Of a stretch of DNA of 64,000 nt, positions 48,879 to 57,691 are shown piece after piece. The stretch covers positions 1-64,000 of the forward strand of contig CAVUDW010000001.1 of NCBI GenBank assembly GCA_963740355.1, written 5' to 3'. The notes under the pieces were generated by a model. The model was not told the origin of the DNA. It ran no database searches and saw nothing but the letters and a program-made list of their open reading frames with translations. Within the stretch, counting starts at the first letter, position 1. Each line of letters starts with the position of its first letter. Position numbers and translations under genes: made by a program. Origin of the DNA: an uncultured Gemmatimonadaceae bacterium. Lineage in GTDB: Bacteria; Gemmatimonadota; Gemmatimonadetes; Gemmatimonadales; Gemmatimonadaceae.

Positions 48879-50573
48879 ATGTCTCGATCATCACGATGGG
48901 TGCTTGCAGCGGCGCTGCTCGGCCTGCATGCTTTGCCGTCATCTTCGTCCGCGCAGTGGCAGTCCAACACCGGCCCGCGTGGCGTTGCGCTTGGCGCGGC
49001 CGTCGGTGGTGACGTCGAGCGATACATGCGGGCACTCGCGCTCGCTGGCATCATCAAGCCCTTGCCGTGGTCCGTGCGTCCGTATGGTCCAGAGGACCTG
49101 GCAAGATATCTGCGCGACTCGAGTGCTGGTCCGCACCCGTGGAGCAGCGCGTTATCAAGTTCGCTCGCGCCGCGCGCCAGCGTCGGCGCCATGTTGTTTG
49201 TCGGCGCGAACAGCGGATTTGCCTGGGGTGCAAACGACGGTGCGATGTGGCAGGGTCGCGGCCTGAACTCCGCGATTGGCCTGGGAGCGACCGTGCGCTG
49301 GGGGCCACTCAGTGCCGTCGCCGCACCGGTGTTGTATCGCGCGCAAAACCAGAGTTTCCCGCTGATGGCGCAGCCGGCATTCGGCTACTCGAAGTTTGCG
49401 GACCCGCTGTTTCCGACCGTCATCGACCTCCCGCAGCGGATGGGCGACAAGGCGTATGCGCGGCTCGATGGTGGCGAGAGCACGATCCGACTTCAAGGAT
49501 TCGGCCTCGTTACCGGCGTGACCACGGCGAGCCTTGGCTGGGGCACCGGCGAGGCATTCCCCGCCATTTTTGGTTCCAATGCCGGTGGCTTTCCGCACCT
49601 CTTTGCAGGAACGCGGGCCGGTGGTATCCGGGTGCCATATCTGGGGCGCGTCAGTGCGCGATACATCCTCGGTGTTTTGGATCAGAGTAGTTGGTCACCG
49701 GTCCAGGGGAGCGCGACGTACATCGATGCTGCCCAGTCCGGGACACGACGGATCGGCACGGGGCTCAACGTCAGCCTGATGCCGCAATTCCTGCCGAATC
49801 TCGAGCTGGGTGCAAGTCGGTTCTATCACAGTCCGTACCGCGACGGCCCGACGCGCTGGGATGCGTGGTCAAAACCGTTCGAAGGCATCTTCAAGAAGGG
49901 ATTTCAGGGGCGGAGTGGCGGCACCGGTGACCCTACGGGCGACGCCGACAACCAGATGGCCTCGTTCTTTGCGCGCTGGGTGTTCCCGAAGCGTGGCGTT
50001 GAAGCGACGTTCGAGTTGTTCCGTGAGGACCACAACTGGGACGCGCGTGATCTCGCGCAGGAGCCGGAAAACAACGGCGCCGTGATGGCGTCGATACGAG
50101 CCACCACCAGCCGCCGCGCTGACGCGCTCGCCGTCCTGACATTCGAGTATTTCGACGGCGACATCCGGCCCATCGGGCAGGTCCGGGCACAGGGGTTCCT
50201 CTACACCCACGGAGGCCTCTTTCAGGGGCATACCCAGCGTGGCCAACTCCTTGGCTCACCGTTGGGTGCCGGTGCCATCGCCGGTGAGCGTGTCGCGTGG
50301 GAACGGTTCACACCGAACGGATCGCTGCGCTTCAACCTGCAGCGGTGGCGCACGCGGGCCCTTCGCACGCAAAATGGCGAAGGGCTGTATTTCAACGCCA
50401 ATTATTTCTATCCGAACTCGCATGACTGGATCATCGACGGCAGCGTCGCGTCCACTCGCAACCGTGGCCCGGGCGCACTGACGTTCGAGGCGGGTATCGC
50501 CTGGGCTGGCGTCTGGCAGTTGTCCGATGCCCGGACGAACCTGTATGGCCGCGCGAGCTGGAGCCTGTTCTGA
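48879..50573 (+). CDS. Capsule assembly Wzi-like outer-membrane protein (paralog)
   Basis: Signal peptide; NDGAMWQGRG, WG.G......SNA.GFPH, DNQMAS.F.RW, T..GQ.LG...G.G; ends in Phe. Confidence 0.68.
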   Translation: MSRSSRWVLAAALLGLHALPSSSSAQWQSNTGPRGVALGAAVGGDVERYMRALALAGIIKPLPWSVRPYGPEDLARYLRDSSAGPHPWSSALSSSLAPRASVGAMLFVGANSGFAWGANDGAMWQGRGLNSAIGLGATVRWGPLSAVAAPVLYRAQNQSFPLMAQPAFGYSKFADPLFPTVIDLPQRMGDKAYARLDGGESTIRLQGFGLVTGVTTASLGWGTGEAFPAIFGSNAGGFPHLFAGTRAGGIRVPYLGRVSARYILGVLDQSSWSPVQGSATYIDAAQSGTRRIGTGLNVSLMPQFLPNLELGASRFYHSPYRDGPTRWDAWSKPFEGIFKKGFQGRSGGTGDPTGDADNQMASFFARWVFPKRGVEATFELFREDHNWDARDLAQEPENNGAVMASIRATTSRRADALAVLTFEYFDGDIRPIGQVRAQGFLYTHGGLFQGHTQRGQLLGSPLGAGAIAGERVAWERFTPNGSLRFNLQRWRTRALRTQNGEGLYFNANYFYPNSHDWIIDGSVASTRNRGPGALTFEAGIAWAGVWQLSDARTNLYGRASWSLF

Positions 50574-52106
50574 TCAGCGCGTCGCGCTGACGCCCGCTGG
50601 GTACAAGCGATCCAGCTCGGCACCAAGGCGCACCAGAGCGGTCGGCGAGATTGCGTGGGCTTCGCCGGACGGTTCGACATAGGTCGTGACGCGTCGCCCC
50701 GTGGCCTCGCCCGCACGTTGCAGGTAGGTGAGGTACGGATCAGTCGTCGGCAAGCGGTAGCAGCAGGCGTCTTTCTCACCCCAGGTGTGGAAGGCGCCAT
50801 CGCGACCGGCGGCGGCGGCAAAGACCTCGTGCCCGATCCTGCTGAACACAGCAGGCGCGTGCTGCTCGCTGTCGCCGAGATTGTTGTCCGGATCGGTCAC
50901 GCGATACGAGTTGGGCACGCCACCGGCGATCGCCACCGCATAGGCCACCCGCTCGTCGAGCGCGGAATACATGTAGCTCGTCCAGCCACCGCCGGAGCGT
51001 CCCATGAGGATGATCGGCTCATCCGGGTGGTCTCGCACGATCCGATCGACGAGCCGTTTCGTCGGTTCGAGCATGGCCTGCATGGCCTGCAATGTCGATG
51101 GCGCGTTGGCGAACGCGGCGACATGGTGCTCCAGACCGGTTCGCCGATCAACCTCATTGCGGCCTTCCAGCACCATGTCCTGCGCGTAGACACGGAATCC
51201 GCGTGCACGGAGCCACTCGATTTCGGAGGCCGCCTGAACGGTTCCGTCGGCACCATGTCCTTCGAGCCATATAACGGACCCACGCGCACGCTCAGCTGCG
51301 GCAGCTGGCAGCTCGATCACTCGACTGAACAAACCATTCGACACCGGGACACGTAACGTGTCAGGCGCCGCAGCGGCCCCCGGCGCCCTCGTGACGGTCG
51401 CTGCAAAATCCGTCAGCCAGGGATCGTTGCTGCCCCAGATCAGCAAGCGACCAAGCTCGCGAACCACGGTTGGTGATTCGGCAGGCTGCAACGCCTCCAG
51501 GGTCGCGCCCTGGCGGAAAAGCAACACGTAGCGATCGTCGATCGACCACTGGCAACTCCACGTCCCGCCGTCATCGCCAAATGCGCCGTCGTCCTCGCGG
51601 CATGGCGTGCCGCGCCAGTCCTCGTGTTCGGCGAGCGCACGGTTCACGTCTGCGTCGTTGCAGAGCAGGAGCATGGGGGCATACCACCAGATGCCATCCC
51701 GATAGCAGGACGGGGGCGCCCCGACCGTGACGACTGTCGATTGGACGGTGCGCGCACCGACCAGCAACCGAACCTCGTAGGGTGCCCCATCACGCAACGA
51801 GTCGAGGATCATCCGCGGACGCGCCGCGTTGCTGCGCCGCCGACGCCATGCTGCGCCCGGGGTTGCCTCACGCCACATGATGGTGACCGGTGACTGGGCG
51901 GACAGGACCCATTGGGCGTAGAGCTTTCCAGAGTCGGGCACGAGTTGCAGATGGCCGCGGAACTCGCCGACGGTGGTCGCGGTCGACGGTGCTCCTCCGG
52001 CTGCCGCAGGCGCGGTCGTTTCGGCATCACACGCGACGAGGCACAATCCGAGCAGGAGGGCGAAAGCACGTGCGCGGCGTCGCGGCACGAGTGACGGTTC
52101 AGGCAT
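50574..52106 (-). CDS. Hypothetical lipoprotein with an FN3-like segment and a C-terminal alpha/beta hydrolase domain
   Basis: Lipobox LVAC; GRSGGG elbow, candidate Asp (KDACC) and His (EAHAI). Confidence 0.6.
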   Translation of the reverse strand: MPEPSLVPRRRARAFALLLGLCLVACDAETTAPAAAGGAPSTATTVGEFRGHLQLVPDSGKLYAQWVLSAQSPVTIMWREATPGAAWRRRRSNAARPRMILDSLRDGAPYEVRLLVGARTVQSTVVTVGAPPSCYRDGIWWYAPMLLLCNDADVNRALAEHEDWRGTPCREDDGAFGDDGGTWSCQWSIDDRYVLLFRQGATLEALQPAESPTVVRELGRLLIWGSNDPWLTDFAATVTRAPGAAAAPDTLRVPVSNGLFSRVIELPAAAAERARGSVIWLEGHGADGTVQAASEIEWLRARGFRVYAQDMVLEGRNEVDRRTGLEHHVAAFANAPSTLQAMQAMLEPTKRLVDRIVRDHPDEPIILMGRSGGGWTSYMYSALDERVAYAVAIAGGVPNSYRVTDPDNNLGDSEQHAPAVFSRIGHEVFAAAAGRDGAFHTWGEKDACCYRLPTTDPYLTYLQRAGEATGRRVTTYVEPSGEAHAISPTALVRLGAELDRLYPAGVSATR

Positions 52107-52288
52107 TGGTGCGATAAGTATTGGCGGTCGCAAATCTCGCGCTATTCGGTCAGCCGAGAGACGTGCTCTTGAGTGTCGGCGTCACATGCGCTTTCCTGAT
52201 CGTCGCTGACGCTGGCGATCCAGTCGAATTCCAGCGATGATGTATCACGCATACGCTCGCGACATTTCACATTCCTGTACCGCATTCC

Positions 52289-53446
52289 GTGTCTACTGAT
52301 CGCATCTACCTGTCCGTTCCGCACATGGGCGGCGACGAGCTTCCGATGATCCATCAGGCGTTCGAGTCGAACTGGCTTTCGACCGTCGGACCGCATCTGG
52401 ATGCATTCGAGCTCGAAATGTCAGCGGCGCTGGGTGGCAGTCGTCACGCCCTGGCGGTCGGCAGTGGCACGGCGGCGCTTCACCTGATACTGCGGGCGAT
52501 CGGCGTGGAGCGGGGCGATCACGTGGCCGTGTCGTCCCTCACCTTCGCCGGCTCCGTATTTCCGATTCTGTACCAAGGCGCAATTCCGGTGCTGATCGAT
52601 AGCGAAGCAGTGTCGGGGAACCTCGATCCGGCGCTGGTGCGGGAATACCTGCGCGACGCGGCACGCAGCAATCGCCTCCCCAAGGCCTTGATCGCGGTGC
52701 ATCTCTACGGACAGCACGCCGAGATCGACGAAATCGCCGCTGCGTGCGCCGAGTTCGGCGTGGCGATGGTTGAGGATGCGGCGGAATCGCTGGGCGCGAC
52801 CTATCGTGGTCGCGAGACGGGGACGACGGCACCGTACGCGCTGCTCAGCTTCAACGGCAACAAGATCATCACCACCAGCGGCGGCGGCATGGTCCTCGCC
52901 GAGGATCCTGCGCAGATCGTGCGGATGAAAAAGTGGGCGAACCAATCGCGAGAGCCCGCGGTCGAGTATCTGCACACAGAATCGGGTTACAACTATCGGT
53001 TGAGCAATGTGCTGGCCGGCATGGGACGTGGGCAGCTGCGCGTGTTGCGCGATCGCGTGTCGCAGCGGCGCGCCGTCTTCGATCGATACGTCACCGCCCT
53101 TGGTGACGCGCCCGGCCTCTCGTTCCAGGCGGAAGCACCGTGGGGCACGCACACGCGCTGGCTGAGCGTCTGCTATCTCGACGCCGAGGCGGGCGCGGCG
53201 GTGACACCACTCGAGGTGATCAATGCGCTCGCGGCGCAGAACATCGAAGCACGCCCGGTGTGGCGTCCGATGCACACGCAGCCACTCTTCGCGGGAGCAC
53301 CAGTCGTCGGCGGTGCGGTCGCCGAGCGGCTCTATCGCACCGGAATCTGCTTGCCTTCGTCATCGAGTCTTTCGACCGGCGATCAGGACCGCGTCATCGC
53401 ACTGATTCAGGAGACGATGGCGACACCGGCGTCTCGTAGCCGATGA
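52289..53446 (+). CDS. DegT/DnrJ/EryC1/StrS aminotransferase (PglE/EpsN-like)
   Basis: SGTAALHL, VHLYG, EDAAESLG, SFNGNKIITTSGGG, GYNYRLSN, CLPS. Confidence 0.93.
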   Translation: MSTDRIYLSVPHMGGDELPMIHQAFESNWLSTVGPHLDAFELEMSAALGGSRHALAVGSGTAALHLILRAIGVERGDHVAVSSLTFAGSVFPILYQGAIPVLIDSEAVSGNLDPALVREYLRDAARSNRLPKALIAVHLYGQHAEIDEIAAACAEFGVAMVEDAAESLGATYRGRETGTTAPYALLSFNGNKIITTSGGGMVLAEDPAQIVRMKKWANQSREPAVEYLHTESGYNYRLSNVLAGMGRGQLRVLRDRVSQRRAVFDRYVTALGDAPGLSFQAEAPWGTHTRWLSVCYLDAEAGAAVTPLEVINALAAQNIEARPVWRPMHTQPLFAGAPVVGGAVAERLYRTGICLPSSSSLSTGDQDRVIALIQETMATPASRSR

Positions 53447-54035
53447 ATTCCGGCATGGTGGCGTCGCCAGCAGCGGCGATGCCATCCCGCACGAAGACAG
53501 CCCGAATCGTGCGCCAGAGCACTGCGATGTCGAGCGCCAGCGAACACTCGTCGACATACTGAACATCGAGATCGAACTTGGCGGCCCAGCCAATGGCGTT
53601 CCGACCCGAGACCTGGGCCAGGCCCGTCAAGCCGGGCCTCGTCTCGTGTCGTCGACGATGTCGCGATGAGTATCGCGGCAGGTATTGCGGGAGCAGCGGT
53701 CGCGGGCCGACCAGGCTCATGTCGCCACGCAGGACGTTGAGCAATTCGGGAAGCTCGTCCAATGACGATGCCCGCAGCCTGCGACCGAAGGGCGTCAATC
53801 GCTCGGAGTCCGAGAGTAGTGCGCCCGTCGCATCTCGCGCATCGGTCATGGAGCGGAACTTGATCATGCCGAACTCGCGGTCACCGCGGCCGATGCGCCG
53901 CTGCCGGAACAGCACCGGGCTGCCGATGCGCTGCCGCACGAGCAGCGCCACATAGGCCATGATCGGCAGCCAGAGGGGCGCCGAGCCGATGACCAGGACG
54001 AGATCGAAAAACCGCTTGCCGCGATAGCCTGACAT
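53394..54035 (-). CDS. Small monotopic phosphoglycosyl transferase (PglC-like)
   Basis: [53 protein letters not shown]. Confidence 0.92.
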   Translation of the reverse strand: MSGYRGKRFFDLVLVIGSAPLWLPIMAYVALLVRQRIGSPVLFRQRRIGRGDREFGMIKFRSMTDARDATGALLSDSERLTPFGRRLRASSLDELPELLNVLRGDMSLVGPRPLLPQYLPRYSSRHRRRHETRPGLTGLAQVSGRNAIGWAAKFDLDVQYVDECSLALDIAVLWRTIRAVFVRDGIAAAGDATMPEFIGYETPVSPSSPESVR

Positions 54036-54161
54036 GGAGCGAAGCTAATGCGATTCGTGAATATCGCGGCGCGTGCGACTGGTTCGCTGTCGGCTGTTCG
54101 GCTAACCTTGGGTGTTGCGTCCTGACGGGTCCCCACAGGCGATTTCCCCTCTCCGCGAGCC

Positions 54162-54356
54162 ATGGCGCAAGACGCCTTCGTGCGCATTGACGATCGAAAG
54201 TCGGAGCCGTGGAAGGACGTCAACGAGGCCATCCGCGCCGGCACCGCACGACACCTCAACCCCGGGGAATCGCTCGACTGTGAAGTGCGCGTGGTTCTAT
54301 TTGAAGGGAGCGATCCGCTCAATGGCTTCACCGACGATGGCAGCCCCCTGCGATGA
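54162..54356 (+). CDS. Small hypothetical protein (64 aa)
   Basis: ATG start, protein-like composition, ATGA coupling to the next gene. Confidence 0.5.
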   Translation: MAQDAFVRIDDRKSEPWKDVNEAIRAGTARHLNPGESLDCEVRVVLFEGSDPLNGFTDDGSPLR

Positions 54357-55327
54357 GCTTCGTGTCTCCAGCTTCCGATGTGACGAACGTCTCCCCTGCG
54401 ATACAGGCGCTGCTGCCGGCGCTCGCCTGCCCGACCTGCCGCTCACCACTCTCGGCGACCGGTACATCGCTGACGTGCACGGCCTGCGGTCAGGTGTACC
54501 CCGTCAGCGGCGATGTGCCCGTGCTCCTCGATCCGGCATCCAAGGCTGAGATCGCTGGATTTCGGAGCGACGCCGAAAACGTGAAGCTCCGGCAGCAGCT
54601 GACCTCAGGCGGGCTCGCCAAGATCGTCGACCTGATCCGGCCTCCACACCCGTTTGCGTATACGCGGCGGACGGTCAACCACGCCAAGCGCATTGCCTTC
54701 TCCCAGCTCGCGGCAGCCAGCGCAGGGCGATCGGATGCTCGGTTTCTCGACATCGGCAGTGGAATTCTCGGTGGCCTGAACCACTCCGGTCTCTCCGCCC
54801 ACGTGCGGTCGCACCTCATGCCGCTCGAGATCGCACCAACGAGTGGCGTCGGTGTCGTGGGCGACGCGCACAAGCTGCCATTCAAGGATAGCAGCCTCGA
54901 CGGGGCGCTGATTCAGGGCGTCATGGAGCATGTCCGCGATCCCATTCAGGTCGTTGCCGAGATCTACCGGACGCTGAAGCCTGGCGCGCCGGTCTTTGCC
55001 GAGGTGCCATTCATTCAGCACTACCACCTCGATCCAGTCGACTACCGCCGATGGACGCACTACGGCTTCGAGCATCTCTTTGCCGAGTTCACGGTTGATG
55101 ATGTCGGGGTGGCGGCCGGTCCGGCCTCGGCCCTGACCGACATGCTGACGGAGTTTCCGGCGCTGTTGTTCTCATCGCCCGCCCTCTATTGGGGGACGAA
55201 ACTGGTCAGTGGCTGGCTCTTTTCCCCGCTGCAGCTCCTCGACGCGATCTGGGTGCGAGCGCCACGGTCGCACGTGATGGCCGGCGCCGTCTACTTTCTC
55301 GGCCGCAAACCGGGAGAGACGGCGTGA
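54353..55327 (+). CDS. Class I SAM-dependent methyltransferase with an N-terminal Trm112-like Zn finger
   Basis: LACP.CR..L...L.C..CG..YP; LDIGSG, GDAH.LPF...S.D, V.EHV.DP, LKPG. Confidence 0.85.
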   Translation: MSFVSPASDVTNVSPAIQALLPALACPTCRSPLSATGTSLTCTACGQVYPVSGDVPVLLDPASKAEIAGFRSDAENVKLRQQLTSGGLAKIVDLIRPPHPFAYTRRTVNHAKRIAFSQLAAASAGRSDARFLDIGSGILGGLNHSGLSAHVRSHLMPLEIAPTSGVGVVGDAHKLPFKDSSLDGALIQGVMEHVRDPIQVVAEIYRTLKPGAPVFAEVPFIQHYHLDPVDYRRWTHYGFEHLFAEFTVDDVGVAAGPASALTDMLTEFPALLFSSPALYWGTKLVSGWLFSPLQLLDAIWVRAPRSHVMAGAVYFLGRKPGETA

Positions 55328-56106
55328 AGGGACTTCGTGGTCGCGTCGCATTCGTCACCGGCGCCGCGCAGGGCATTGGACGAGGGATTGCATTGCGCCT
55401 GGCTGAAGAGGGTATGGCGGTCGCACTGGCCGACATCAACGGTGAAGCGGTGATCGAGGCCGCGATCCTGATCGGCGAAGCCACTGGTGCCCGCACACTC
55501 GCGATCCCAGTCGACGTCAGCGACGAGACGGCCGTTCCGTCAGCAATTGCCGAGTGCGTGCGGGAACTCGGTGGTCTCGACGCACTGGTCAACAACGCAG
55601 GGATCGACATCAGCAGCGGTCCAGAGGCGATGACGCGCGCGATCTGGAATCGCGTGCACGACGTGAATCTGTGGGCACCGATGTTGCTGACGCGCGAGGC
55701 GCTCGAGCCGCTGTCGGCACGCCGCGGCACGGTCGTCAATATCGCATCCACACACGCTTTCATCACTGAAGCCGGCCGTACCTCGTACGCAGCGGCGAAG
55801 GCCGGCGTCGGCGGCCTGACGCGTGCCCTCGCACTCGACCTCGGGCCACGTGGCATTCGCGTGAACGCCGTGCTCCCTGGTTACGTGCAGACGCCGATCT
55901 GGAATCTCTGGCTGGACGAAGCGCCCGACCCCACAGCGTTGCTCGAGACCATTGCGGCGCATCACCCGATTCGCCGGCTCGGCACACCAGCCGACGTGGC
56001 AGGCCTGGTGGCCTTCCTCTGCAGTGACGATGCCGGATTCATCACCGGGGCGTCGTATCTCGTGGACGGCGGCTACACGGTGCAGGCGCACACGCCGCAG
56101 CCATGA
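55324..56106 (+). CDS. Short-chain dehydrogenase/reductase
   Basis: TGAAQGIG, NNAG, YAAAK, RVNAV.PG; GTG 55324 overlaps the upstream stop. Confidence 0.9.
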   Translation: MKGLRGRVAFVTGAAQGIGRGIALRLAEEGMAVALADINGEAVIEAAILIGEATGARTLAIPVDVSDETAVPSAIAECVRELGGLDALVNNAGIDISSGPEAMTRAIWNRVHDVNLWAPMLLTREALEPLSARRGTVVNIASTHAFITEAGRTSYAAAKAGVGGLTRALALDLGPRGIRVNAVLPGYVQTPIWNLWLDEAPDPTALLETIAAHHPIRRLGTPADVAGLVAFLCSDDAGFITGASYLVDGGYTVQAHTPQP

Positions 56107-57086
56107 CGACGTCCGCATCGTCATGGGTCGGCAAACGAGCGCTCGTGACCGGCGGTCTTGGCTTCACGGGCAACGCAGTCGTCCGTCGCCTGCGCCAGGC
56201 TGGCGCGTCAGTTCGTGTGCTCGATGCGTTGCTACCGCAGGGCGGAGGGAGTCCGCGCAACCTGCGTGGCGTGTCGGATGGTGTAGACGTGATCATCGAT
56301 GACACTCGATCGCGCGACGCCGTGGATCGTGCGGTTCGTGACTGCGATGTCGTGTTTCATCTCGCTGGCCATGCAGGATTCTCCGCGCTGGCGCCGGACT
56401 GGTACTCGGAAATCGACTCGGCGTGCCTTGGCACGCTCAATGTCCTCGAGGCCATTCGAGTGCACGCGCCACGCGCACGCATGGTGTTTGGCAGCGCGCT
56501 CGCCGTGTACGGACGCCCGGCGGAGCTTCCGGTGCGCGAGGACGCGCCGACCGAGCCACTTACGCTGTTCGGCGTGCACAAGCTTGCCGGCGAGAAATAC
56601 TGCAGCGTGTACCACTCACAGCACGGTGTGCGCACCGTGTCGGCGCGTATCGCGGGGCTCTTCGGGCCGCGACAGCGACTGACAGGTGCCGCGAATGGCA
56701 CGATCGCGAATGCCCTCGATGCGGCCATCCACGAGGAAGTCATCCTGTTGCCGGACGACGGCGCACCGATGCTCGACATGTTGCACGTCGATGACGCGGT
56801 GACGGCTCTCCTGGCGTTGGCACAGGCGCCGGAGTGCATCGACGGCTTGGCCGTGAATGTCGGCCGCGGTTCGGGGCATACGCTGCGCGAGTTCTCTGAG
56901 TTGCTCATCGCGGCCGTCGGGCGCGGCACCGTCCGCGACCTGCCTGCCGCGGGCAGCGCTGGTGCGAGCATCGTGACCGACGTGTCGCGACTGCGTGGCA
57001 TCATGCCGGAATGGGCGCCAGCACCGCTTGCCGATCGGCTTGCGGCGACGGTGCGCTGGTATCGCGGTGAGGATGATGCTGCATAG
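56103..57086 (+). CDS. NAD-dependent epimerase/dehydratase (extended SDR) with non-canonical FxxxK
   Basis: TGGLGFTG, VFHLAG, GTLNVLEA, VYG, FGVHK, FGPRQ, HVDD. Confidence 0.85.
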   Translation: MTTSASSWVGKRALVTGGLGFTGNAVVRRLRQAGASVRVLDALLPQGGGSPRNLRGVSDGVDVIIDDTRSRDAVDRAVRDCDVVFHLAGHAGFSALAPDWYSEIDSACLGTLNVLEAIRVHAPRARMVFGSALAVYGRPAELPVREDAPTEPLTLFGVHKLAGEKYCSVYHSQHGVRTVSARIAGLFGPRQRLTGAANGTIANALDAAIHEEVILLPDDGAPMLDMLHVDDAVTALLALAQAPECIDGLAVNVGRGSGHTLREFSELLIAAVGRGTVRDLPAAGSAGASIVTDVSRLRGIMPEWAPAPLADRLAATVRWYRGEDDAA

Positions 57087-57687
57087 CCTGCAGCGGAGCG
57101 TCTTTCTCCGCCCTCGCGAGCGATTCCATGAACTCCTCGCGCTGCAACAGATCGCCATCGGCGTCCGCGATGGCGCGCAACCAGGCAATGATCGACTTGC
57201 CGATCAGCGCACGATGGCTGGCCACCTGCAGGAACTGTTGCAGCGTGGCCTGGTGGCGGCGAGCGACACTGCCGACGGCGTGTCGTACACGCTCACCGAC
57301 ACCGGCCGGAAGCGCCTGCGCATGCTGACGGTTGATCTGGCGCGCGAGCTTGAATCCTTGCAGGAGGCGACTCGCTCGATGGTGCGGGCAACGCTCGTTC
57401 CCCTCGCGCTCGAGGGTGTGCAACGCGTGGTCTTCTATCCATTCGGTGAAACGGCGGAAATGGCGTACGCCGTCGTTGCCGGGCTTGGCATGGACGTGAT
57501 CGGGATCGTGGATGATTCACCGCGAAAGTGGGGCGCGCGCTTTCACGGACTGCAGGTGCAGCCAGCGGCCGCGCTGCCCAGCCTAGCGCCCGACGCCGTG
57601 CTCGTCACGTCCGCTGTTTTTCAGGAGGCGATCCTGACGAAACTCGCCGCAATGCCGCTGGATGGTATTCGCATCCACGTGATCTGA
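57073..57687 (+). CDS. MarR-like winged-helix regulator with a C-terminal Rossmann-like domain (EPS-associated type)
   Basis: L...GL......Y.LTDTGR wing motif; C-terminal V.FY..GE.AE....GIVDD...PDAVLVTS. Confidence 0.72.
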   Translation: MMLHSLQRSVFLRPRERFHELLALQQIAIGVRDGAQPGNDRLADQRTMAGHLQELLQRGLVAASDTADGVSYTLTDTGRKRLRMLTVDLARELESLQEATRSMVRATLVPLALEGVQRVVFYPFGETAEMAYAVVAGLGMDVIGIVDDSPRKWGARFHGLQVQPAAALPSLAPDAVLVTSAVFQEAILTKLAAMPLDGIRIHVI

Positions 57688-57691
57688 CCTC

